A stretch of DNA of 64,000 nucleotides from Eledone cirrhosa (Eukaryota): the NCBI GenBank assembly GCA_964016885.1, contig OZ024743.1, positions 280,736,001 to 280,800,000 on the forward strand, in the 5' to 3' direction. Positions 30,001 to 39,681 of this stretch are shown one piece after another. The notes beneath the pieces are model-generated. The model had not been told where the DNA came from and ran no database searches. It saw only the letters and a program-made list of their open reading frames with translations. The stretch's first letter is position 1. The number at the start of each line of letters is the position of its first letter. The translations under genes and the position numbers were made by a program.

Positions 30001-33000
30001 GGGTAGATATGTTTGTGATCATAGTGTGTATGTCTGGGTAGATATGTTTGTGGCCACGGTGTGTATGTCGGGGTAGATATGTTTGTGGCCACGGTGTGTA
30101 TGTCTGGGTAGATATGTTTGTGGCCATGGTGTGTATGTCTGGGTAGATATGTTTGTGGCCACGGTGTGTATGTCGGGGTAGATATGTTTGTGGCCACGGT
30201 GTGTATGTCGGGGTAGATATGTTTGTGGCCACGGTGTGTATGTCTGGGTAGATATGTTTGTGGCTACGGTGTGTATGTCCGGGTAGATATGTTTGTGGCT
30301 ACGGAGTGTATGTCTGGGTAGATATGTTTGTGGCTACGGTGTGTATGTCTGGGTAGATATGTTTGTGGCCATGGTGTGCATGTCTGGGTAGATATGTTTG
30401 TGGCTACGGTGTGTATGTCTGGGTAGTTATGTCTGTGGCTACGGTGTGCATGTCGGGGTAGATATGTTTGTGGCTATGGTGTGTATGTCTGGGGAGATAT
30501 GTTTGTGGCTACGGTGTGTATGTCTGGGTAGATATGTTTGTGGCTACGGTGTGTATATCTGGGTAGATATGTTTGTGCTACGGTGTGCATGTCTGGGTAG
30601 ATATGTTTGTGGCTACGGTGTGTATGTCTGGGGAGATATGTTTGTGGCCATGGTGTGTATGTCTGGGTAGACATGTTTGTGGCTACGGTGTGTATGTCTG
30701 GGTAGATATGTTTGTGGCCACGGTGTGCATGTCTAGGTAGATATGTTTGTGGCCATGGTGTGCATGTCCGGGTAGATATGTTTGTGACCACGGTGTGCAT
30801 GTCGGGGTAGATATGTTTGTGGCCATGGTGTGTATGTCTGGGTAGATATGTTTGTGGCCATGGTGTGTATGTCGGGGTAGATATGTTTGTGGCCATGGTG
30901 TGTATGCCTGGGTAGATATGTTTGTGGCTACGGTGTGTATGTCGGGGTAGATATGTTTGTGGCTACGGTGTGCATGTCTGGGTAGATATGTTTGTGGCCA
31001 TGGTGCGTATGTCTGGGTAGATATGTTTGTGACCATGGTGTGCATGTCTGGGTTGATATGTTTGTGACCATGGTGTGCATGTCTGGGTAGATATGTTTGT
31101 GGCCACGGTTTATTTGTCTGGGTAGATATGTTTGTGACCATGGTGTGTATGTCTGGGTAGATATGTTTGTGGCTACGGTGTGCATGTCTGGGTAGATATG
31201 TTTGTGGCCATGGTGTGTATGTCTGGGTAGATATGTCTGTGGCTACGGTGTGTATGTCTGGGTAGATATGTTTGTGGCCATGGTGTGTATGTCCGGGTAG
31301 ATATGTTTGTGGCCACGGTGTGTATGTCTGGGTAGATATGTTTGTGGCTACGGTGTGTATGTCGGGGTAGATATGTTTGTGGCTACGGTGTGTATGTCTG
31401 GGTAGATCTGTTTGTGGCTACGGTGTGTATGTCTGGGTAGTTATGTTTGTGACCATGGTGTGTATGTCTGGGTAGATATGTTTGTGGCCATGGTGTGTAT
31501 GTCTGGGTAGATATGTTTGTGGCTACGGTGTGTATGTCTGGGTAGATATGTTTGTGACCATGGTGTGTATGTCTGGGTAGATATGTTTGTGGCTACGGTG
31601 TGTAAGTAGGGGTAGATATGTTTGTGGCTACGGTGTGTATGTCTGGGTAGATATGTTTGTGGCCATGGTGTGCATGTCTGGGTAGATATGTTTGTGGCCA
31701 TGGTGTGTATGTCGGGGTAGATATGTTTGTGGCCATGGTGTGTATGTCTGGGTAGATATGTCTGTGTCCATGGTGTGTATGTCTGGGTAGATATGTTTGT
31801 GGCTACGGTGTGTATGTCTGGGTAGATATGTTTGTGGCCATGGTGTGCATGTCTGGGTAGATATGTTTGTGGCCATGGTGTGTATGTCGGGGTAGATATG
31901 TTTGTGACCATGGTGTGTATGTCGGGGTAGATATGTTTGTGGCTACGGTGTGTATGCCTGGGTAGATATGTTTGTGGCCATGGTGTGTATGTCTGGGTAG
32001 ATATGTTTGTGGCTACGGTGTGTATGTCTGGGTAGATATGTTTGTGGCTACGGTGTGTATGCCCTGGGTAGATATGTTTGTGGCCATGGTATGTATGTCT
32101 GGGTAGATATGTCTGTGGCCATGGTGTGCATGTCTGGGTAGATATGTTTGTGGCCATGGTGTGTATGTCTGGGTAGATATGTTTGTGGCCATGGTGTGTA
32201 TGTCTGGGTAGATATGTTTGTGGCCACGGTGTGTATGTCTGGGTAGATATGTTTGTGGCCATGGTGTGTATGTCTGGGTAGATATGTTTGTGGCCACGGT
32301 GTGCATGTCGGGGTAGATATGTTTGTGGCCACGGTGTGTATGTCTGGGTAGATATGTTTGTGATCATGGTGTGTATGTCTGGGTAGATATGTTTGTGGCC
32401 ACGGTGTGTATGTCGGAGTAGATATGTTTGTGGCCACGGTGTGTATGTCTGGGTAGATATGTTTGTGACCATGGTGTGTATGTCTGGGTAGATATGTTTG
32501 TGGCCATGGTGTGTATGTCTGGGTAGATATGTTTGTGGCCACGGTGTGTATGTCGGGGTAGATATGTTTGTGGCCACGGTGTGTATGTCGGGGTAGATAT
32601 GTTTGTGGCCACGGTGTGTATGTCTGGGTAGATATGTTTGTGGCCATGGTGTGTATGTCTGGGTAGATATGTTTGTGGCCACGGTGTGTATGTCTGGGTA
32701 GATATGTTTGTGATCATGGTGTGTATGTCTGGGTAGATATGTTTGTGGCCACGGTGTGTATGTCGGGGTAGATATGTTTGTGGCCACGGTGTGTATGTCT
32801 GGGTAGATATGTTTGTGGCCATGGTGTGTATGTCTGGGTAGATATGTTTGTGGCCACGGTGTGTATGTCGGGGTAGATATGTTTGTGGCCACGGTGTGTA
32901 TGTCGGGGTAGATATGTTTGTGGCCACGGTGTGTATGTCTGGGTAGATATGTTTGTGCCATGGTGTGTATGTCGGGGTAGATATGTTTTTGGCCACGGTG

Positions 33001-33266
33001 TGTATGTCGGGGTAGATATGTTTGTGGCCACGGTGTGTATGTCGGGGTAGATATGTTTGTGGCCATGGTGTGTATGTCTGGGTAGATATGTTTGTGACCA
33101 TGGTGTGCATGTCTGGGTAGATATGTTTGTGGCCACGGTGTGTATGTCTGGGTAGATATGTTTGTGGCCACGGTGTGCATGTCTGGGTAGATATGTTTGT
33201 GGCTACGGTGTGTATGTCTGGGTAGATATGTTTGTGGCCACGGTGCGCATGTCTGGGTAGATATGT
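1..33266. repeat. 35-bp tandem satellite, consensus GGGTAGATATGTTTGTGGCCATGGTGTGTATGTCT, ~950 monomers, runs off the left edge of the window
   Basis: Continuous 35-bp period. Recurrent variants: TG[G/A]CC, CCATGG/CTACGG/CCACGG, GTG[T/C]AT, GTC[T/G]GG, plus 39-bp (GGTAGGTAG), 34-bp (TGTGCTAC) and 36-bp (GCCCTGGG) units. The + strand is strongly G+T-rich. Confidence 0.98.
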
Positions 33267-33341
33267 CTGCTTATCTATCTGTCGGCCTACTGATCTCCTC
33301 TCTCTCACTCTTTCCCTCTCTCCCTCTTTCTCTCTCTCTTT
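33264..33341 (+). repeat. Left arm of an ~80-bp inverted repeat (partner at 39195-39274)
   Basis: TGTCTGCTTATCTATCTGTCGGCCTACTGATCTCC plus a CT-rich tract; near-identical to the reverse complement of 39195-39274. Confidence 0.9.
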
Positions 33342-33342
33342 A

Positions 33343-33436
<94 letters not shown>
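33341..33436. repeat. (TA)n microsatellite
   Basis: Direct reading. Similar tracts at 33651-33690, 34476-34524, 39141-39194, 43872-43958, 44993-45054 and 45375-45429. Confidence 0.97.
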
Positions 33437-33437
<1 letters not shown>

Positions 33438-33648
33438 CGAAAGAAATGTGGTACGGAACCAGGTGGACCATAACGCACCAAAGTACTCAATACATAGGGT
33501 AGTAGAGTGGGTAATAGGAAGGAGTAGGACCCCGACGGCTGAGCTCAAGCCGTTTCGATGGCTAATTCTGGACTAAATGAAAATGTTCATTTAGTCCAGA
33601 ATTAGCCGTCGAAATGGCTTGAGCTCAGCCGTCAGGTACCTACTCGTT

Positions 33649-33653
<5 letters not shown>
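33437..33653. mobile_element. Palindromic Penelope-like (pLTR) remnant in (TA)n containing the 3' half of a hammerhead motif
   Basis: Arms 33514-33581 and 33586-33653 with loop AATG. Each arm reads outward GAAA(C/T)GGC-TTGAGCTCA-GCC-GTC, i.e. GAAA, stem III and a GUC site. The left arm has a ~77-nt extension resembling the reverse complement of 44915-44990. Confidence 0.6.
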
Positions 33654-33691
<38 letters not shown>

Positions 33692-33694
<3 letters not shown>

Positions 33695-34030
33695 GAGGCG
33701 GATTTTTAGGTCTTCACGAAGGTCCGACTTCCACACCGATCTCAAGCTGTGTCACGCCGCCCAGGCTTTGCTCTTCCTCTCAACCACATCATCTTCCGTA
33801 TTTCCAATCTTTGCTCCCAATTACAGGAAGCCCTCAACCAATTCTAGCGGTTTCCCACCTACATTAGTGATCCCCTCTGGCTACTCAACATTCTCTACCA
33901 GATATTTTGTTTTAGTCTCATTCATTCTCAGCCCCACACTCATCGACACAGTCTCAACCTCCTGCATCAAATCCTCTGCCTCCTTCACTGTATTTGTCAC
34001 CAAATCTATGTCGTCGGCAAATTCAGCATA
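33692..34030 (-). pseudogene. Inverted 5' segment of an RTE/RTEX-type LINE reverse transcriptase
   Basis: Minus-strand translation AEFADDIDLVTNTVKEAEDLMQEVETVSMSVGLRMNETKTKYL...VWKSDLREDLKIRLF, with internal stops; contains the FADD and GLxMNxxKTK motifs. Confidence 0.85.
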
Positions 34031-34471
34031 GTGGGGTCTGTAGTGGAGTCTGTGCTGCTGTACGGGTCTGAGACTTGGACACTGACCAAGAAACTCACTC
34101 AGGTGGTGGATGGGTGCTACACGAGAATGCTGAGGATGGCTCTGAACATTAATCAGTATACACTGAGGATGAAAAACTCAGAGCTGTATGGGAGCATCCC
34201 AAAAGTCAGCTCAAAAGTGATACAGAGGAGACTGAGGTTAGCTGGACATGCTCACCGACATCCAGAGTTGACATTGCACTCAATGCTCCTGTGTGAGCCC
34301 CTACATGGACACACTAGAAGAGGAAGACCAAGGTTAACGTATGTTGATGCCCTAAGGACAGACACTGGTCTGTTGGAGACGCAGGACATGGCAGCGATAA
34401 TGAGCGACAGAGACCGCTGGAGAGAACTCGTCCATGGATCTCGGGAATTTTACCCGCCTTAGATGTAGATA

Positions 34472-34476
<5 letters not shown>
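34031..34476 (+). pseudogene. 3' end of the same RTE/RTEX-type LINE (post-RT C-terminal region and short tail)
   Basis: ESVLLYGSETWTLTK...DGCYTRMLRMAL...RRLRLAGHAHRH...RRGRPRLTY...DRDRW, stop at 34462, then a TAGAT(G/A) tail running into (TA)n. Confidence 0.88.
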
Positions 34477-34524
<48 letters not shown>

Positions 34525-34528
<4 letters not shown>

Positions 34529-37237
34529 TGGAATAAATGCTCTGAAATAGCGATATATATGTGAATATAGACATAGAATATTCGAAAATATTCTGTATGT
34601 TTATAATAAACATTTTGAAGACCTAATCGCTATAGAATAGAATACGTCACGTATTACAATTAGATTCTCGATAAAAGCAAGGGAAGTAATCTACGCGTTT
34701 CATTCTTGTTAGAAATCATCAGGACTACATATCCAGTGCTTTTATCGAGAATGACACAGCTAGAGACTTATAGAATACTTAGCTGTGTACAGGAACTGGT
34801 TTGAAAGAGCGGTTGCCGGTCCGGCAGAAATTAGAAATTGGAATAAATGCTCTGAAATAGCGATATATATGTGAATATAGACATAGAATATTCGAAAATA
34901 TTCTGTATGTTTATAATAAACATTTTGAAGACCTAATCGCTATAGAATAGAATACGTCACGTATTACAATTAGATTCTCGATAAAAGCAAGGGAAGTAAT
35001 CTACGCGTTTCATTCTTGTTAGAAATCATCAGGACTACATATCCAGTGCTTTTATCGAGAATGACACAGCTAGAGACTTATAGAATACTTAGCTGTGTAC
35101 AGGAACTGGTTTGAAAGAGCGGTTGCCGGTCCGGCAGAAATTAGAAATTGGAATAAATGCTCTGAAATAGCGATATATATGTGAATATAGACATAGAATA
35201 TTCGAAAATATTCTGTATGTTTATAATAAACATTTTGAAGACCTAATCGCTATAGAATAGAATACGTCACGTATTACAATTAGATTCTCGATAAAAGCAA
35301 GGGAAGTAATCTACGCGTTTCATTCTTGTTAGAAATCATCAGGACTACATATCCAGTGCTTTTATCGAGAATGACACAGCTAGAGACTTATAGAATACTT
35401 AGCTGTGTACAGGAACTGGTTTGAAAGAGCGGTTGCCGGTCCGGCAGAAATTAGAAATTGGAATAGATGCTCTGAAATAGCGATATATATGTGAATATAG
35501 ACATAGAATATTCGAAAATATTCTGTATGTTTATAATAAACATTTTGAAGACCTAATCGCTATAGAATAGAATACGTCACGTATTACAATTAGATTCTCG
35601 ATAAAAGCAAGGGAAGTAATCTACGCGTTTCATTCTTGTTAGAAATCATCAGGACTACATATCCAGTGCTTTTATCGAGAATGACACAGCTAGAGACTTA
35701 TAGAATACTTAGCTGTGTACAGGAACTGGTTTGAAAGAGCGGTTGCCGGTCCGGCAGAAATTAGAAATTGGAATAAATGCTCTGAAATAGCGATATATAT
35801 GTGAATATAGACATAGAATATTCGAAAATATTCTGTATGTTTATAATAAACATTTTGAAGACCTAATCGCTATAGAATAGAATACGTCACGTATTACAAT
35901 TAGATTCTCGATAAAAGCAAGGGAAGTAATCTACGCGTTTCATTCTTGTTAGAAATCATCAGGACTACATATCCAGTGCTTTTATCGAGAATGACACAGC
36001 TAGAGACTTATAGAATACTTAGCTGTGTACAGGAACTGGTTTGAAAGAGCGGTTGCCGGTCCGGCAGAAATTAGAAATTGGAATAAATGCTCTGAAATAG
36101 CGATATATATGTGAATATAGACATAGAATATTCGAAAATATTCTGTATGTTTATAATAAACATTTTGAAGACCTAATCGCTATAGAATAGAATACGTCAC
36201 GTATTACAATTAGATTCTCGATAAAAGCAAGGGAAGTAATCTACGCGTTTCATTCTTGTTAGAAATCATCAGGACTACATATCCAGTGCTTTTATCGAGA
36301 ATGACACAGCTAGAGACTTATAGAATACTTAGCTGTGTACAGGAACTGGTTTGAAAGAGCGGTTGCCGGTCCGGCAGAAATTAGAAATTGGAATAAATGC
36401 TCTGAAATAGCGATATATATGTGAATATAGACATAGAATATTCGAAAATATTCTGTATGTTTATAATAAACATTTTGAAGACCTAATCGCTATAGAATAG
36501 AATACGTCACGTATTACAATTAGATTCTCGATAAAAGCAAGGGAAGTAATCTACGCGTTTCATTCTTGTTAGAAATCATCAGGACTACATATCCAGTGCT
36601 TTTATCGAGAATGACACAGCTAGAGACTTATAGAATACTTAGCTGTGTACAGGAACTGGTTTGAAAGAGCGGTTGCCGGTCCGGCAGAAATTAGAAATTG
36701 GAATAAATGCTCTGAAATAGCGATATATATGTGAATATAGACATAGAATATTCGAAAATATTCTGTATGTTTATAATAAACATTTTGAAGACCTAATCGC
36801 TATAGAATAGAATACGTCACGTATTACAATTAGATTCTCGATAAAAGCAAGGGAAGTAATCTACGCGTTTCATTCTTGTTAGAAATCATCAGGACTACAT
36901 ATCCAGTGCTTTTATCGAGAATGACACAGCTAGAGACTTATAGAATACTTAGCTGTGTACAGGAACTGGTTTGAAAGAGCGGTTGCCGGTCCGGCAGAAA
37001 TTAGAAATTGGAATAAATGCTCTGAAATAGCGATATATATGTGAATATAGACATAGAATATTCGAAAATATTCTGTATGTTTATAATAAACATTTTGAAG
37101 ACCTAATCGCTATAGAATAGAATACGTCACGTATTACAATTAGATTCTCGATAAAAGCAAGGGAAGTAATCTACGCGTTTCATTCTTGTTAGAAATCATC
37201 AGGACTACATATCCAGTGCTTTTATCGAGAATGACAC
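34525..37237 (-). repeat. Left arm of the 310-bp hammerhead-bearing tandem array (~8.7 copies; ribozyme sense on the minus strand)
   Basis: Unit start AAATTGGAATAAATGC at 34525, 34835, 35145, 35455, 35765, 36075, 36385, 36695 and 37005. Only one substitution seen (35466). Confidence 0.97.
34664..34752 (-). ncRNA. Type I hammerhead ribozyme motif; first of 9 minus-strand copies at 310-bp spacing (last at 37144-37232)
   Basis: Minus strand: ATTCTCGATAAAAGCA-ctggatat-GTAGTC-CTGATGA-t-TTCT-aaca-AGAA-t-GAAAC-GC-GTA-GATTAC-ttccct-TGCTTTTATCGAGAAT. Conserved core, 6-bp proximal and 16-bp distal stem I, palindromic minimal stem III (ACGCGT). Confidence 0.82.
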
Positions 37238-38660
37238 TGGATATGTAGTCCTGATGATTTCTAACAAGAATGAAACGCGTAGATTACTTCCCTTGCTTTT
37301 ATCGAGAATCTAATTGTAATACGTGACGTATTCTATTCTATAGCGATTAGGTCTTCAAAATGTTTATTATAAACATACAGAATATTTTCGAATATTCTAT
37401 GTCTATATTCACATATATATCGCTATTTCAGAGCATTTATTCCAATTTCTAATTTCTGCCGGACCGGCAACCGCTCTTTCAAACCAGTTCCTGTACACAG
37501 CTAAGTATTCTATAAGTCTCTAGCTGTGTCATTCTCGATAAAAGCACTGGATATGTAGTCCTGATGATTTCTAACAAGAATGAAACGCGTAGATTACTTC
37601 CCTTGCTTTTATCGAGAATCTAATTGTAATACGTGACGTATTCTATTCTATAGCGATTAGGTCTTCAAAATGTTTATTATAAACATACAGAATATTTTCG
37701 AATATTCTATGTCTATATTCACATATATATCGCTATTTCAGAGCATTTATTCCAATTTCTAATTTCTGCCGGACCGGCAACCGCTCTTTCAAACCAGTTC
37801 CTGTACACAGCTAAGTATTCTATAAGTCTCTAGCTGTGTCATTCTCGATAAAAGCACTGGATATGTAGTCCTGATGATTTCTAACAAGAATGAAACGCGT
37901 AGATTACTTCCCTTGCTTTTATCGAGAATCTAATTGTAATACGTGACGTATTCTATTCTATAGCGATTAGGTCTTCAAAATGTTTATTATAAACATACAG
38001 AATATTTTCGAATATTCTATGTCTATATTCACATATATATCGCTATTTCAGAGCATTTATTCCAATTTCTAATTTCTGCCGGACCGGCAACCGCTCTTTC
38101 AAACCAGTTCCTGTACACAGCTAAGTATTCTATAAGTCTCTAGCTGTGTCATTCTCGATAAAAGCACTGGATATGTAGTCCTGATGATTTCTAACAAGAA
38201 TGAAACGCGTAGATTACTTCCCTTGCTTTTATCGAGAATCTAATTGTAATTCGTGACGTATTCTATTCTATAGCGATTAGGTCTTCAAAATGTTTATTAT
38301 AAACATACAGAATATTTTCGAATATTCTATGTCTATATTCACATATATATCGCTATTTCAGAGCATTTATTCCAATTTCTAATTTCTGCCGGACCGGCAA
38401 CCGCTCTTTCAAACCATTTCCTGTACACAGCTAAGTATTCTATAAGTCTCTAGCTGTGTCATTCTCGATAAAAGCACTGGATATGTAGTCCTGATGATTT
38501 CTAACAAGAATGAAACGCGTAGATTACTTCCCTTGCTTTTATCGAGAATCTAATTGTAATACGTGACGTATTCTATTCTATAGCGATTAGGTCTTCAAAA
38601 TGTTTATTATAAACATACAGAATATTTTCGAATATTCTATGTCTATATTCACATATATAT
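37235..38660 (+). repeat. Right (inverted) arm of the 310-bp array (~4.6 copies; ribozyme sense on the plus strand)
   Basis: Reverse complement of the left arm (37218 pairs with 37235; 35793 with 38660). Substitutions seen only at 38251 and 38417. Confidence 0.97.
37245..37287 (+). ncRNA. Type I hammerhead core; first of 5 plus-strand copies (37245, 37555, 37865, 38175, 38485)
   Basis: GTAGTC CTGATGA TTTCTAACAAGAAT GAAAC GC GTA GATTAC; predicted cleavage after A37281. Confidence 0.82.
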
Positions 38661-38772
38661 ATATGTTAGATAGATTAAAGAATTTACAATGTCTAAGTCA
38701 AAATATGAGGAACAAATGTCAGAGAGCGGTATTCAAAGTTCTATTTACGTTTAGAGAACAAGAGTAATGCAT

Positions 38773-38820
38773 ACATGCACACCGTGGCCACAAACATATC
38801 TACCCAGACGTGCACACCGT
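38773..38820 (-). repeat. Isolated ~1.4 copies of the 35-bp satellite monomer, inverted relative to the array
   Basis: Reverse complement ACGGTGTGCACGTCTGGGTAGATATGTTTGTGGCCACGGTGTGCATGT. Confidence 0.93.
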
Positions 38821-38919
38821 ATCCCAATTTAGTGTTTGGGGTGCTAACTAATCAGTATTTCGTGGATAGCTGGTTGTATTATTTTATATAAGACATTATT
38901 AAATAAATATCTCTTTCCT

Positions 38920-39044
38920 TCCAGACGGCCGTTTCGTCATAAGATTTCTACAATTTGGGATAAATAATTTCCAGGTTATGTAGAAACTTGTATATGATCC
39001 ATAGTTTTATACACAAGCGGGCTCTTATAACCTCATCATGTGGA
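38920..39044 (-). ncRNA. Degenerate type I hammerhead-like motif with a large branched stem II
   Basis: Minus strand: TCCA-C(a)TGATGA-g-GTTATAAGA-[two internal hairpins]-TCTTATGAC-GAAAC-GGCC-GTC-TGGA; one extra A in the core. Confidence 0.6.
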
Positions 39045-39138
39045 TACCCAAATAATATCGATATAAGAATTATATCGACATTAATAGAATGGTGATGGTC
39101 TCCCTCAGCGCTAAGAAGAGACTGGTAGATTAGAAAAT

Positions 39139-39194
<56 letters not shown>

Positions 39195-39198
<4 letters not shown>

Positions 39199-39274
39199 GG
39201 AGAGAGAAAGAGGGAGAGAGGGAAAGAGTGAGAGAGAGAGGAGATCAGTAGGCCGACATATAGATAAGCAGACA
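39195..39274 (-). repeat. Right arm of the ~80-bp inverted repeat
   Basis: GGAGATCAGTAGGCCGACATATAGATAAGCAGACA preceded by a GA-rich tract; reverse complement of 33264-33341. Confidence 0.9.
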
Positions 39275-39340
39275 ATGATAGATAGAGAATATATACACAC
39301 ATATATGAATATATGTATGTATGTGTTTGTTTGAGTTTGT

Positions 39341-39467
<127 letters not shown>

Positions 39468-39681
39468 GTGTGCGTGTGTATTTTCATTGATCATTTAAGA
39501 TCGTTTTAGTTTCAGAAATTCTTCAAAGCAAAAATTATTTTTCTTTCCCCGTCTTTTGAGAACAGATTGAAGACATATTATCGTTATTTCACTCCTCCCT
39601 TCGCATTCTCTTCGTTGTCATCATTATCGTTATTATGCTCATCGCCATTATCGCCACCATTATCATTATGAATATTATTTA

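Noticed and set aside
1-33266. His/Thr/Pro-rich ORFs up to 579 aa on the minus strand
   Set aside because: All three frames give the same 35-aa cycle because the 35-bp unit is often stop-free on that strand; stops follow the CTACGG variant. No evidence of a gene.
1-33266. CRISPR array (35-bp period)
   Set aside because: No unique spacers and no cas genes; monomers are contiguous and the context is eukaryotic.
34525-38660. 5S rRNA, tRNA, snRNA or spliced-leader tandem array
   Set aside because: No recognisable Pol III boxes, cloverleaf or Sm-site context; the hammerhead motif and inversion explain it better.
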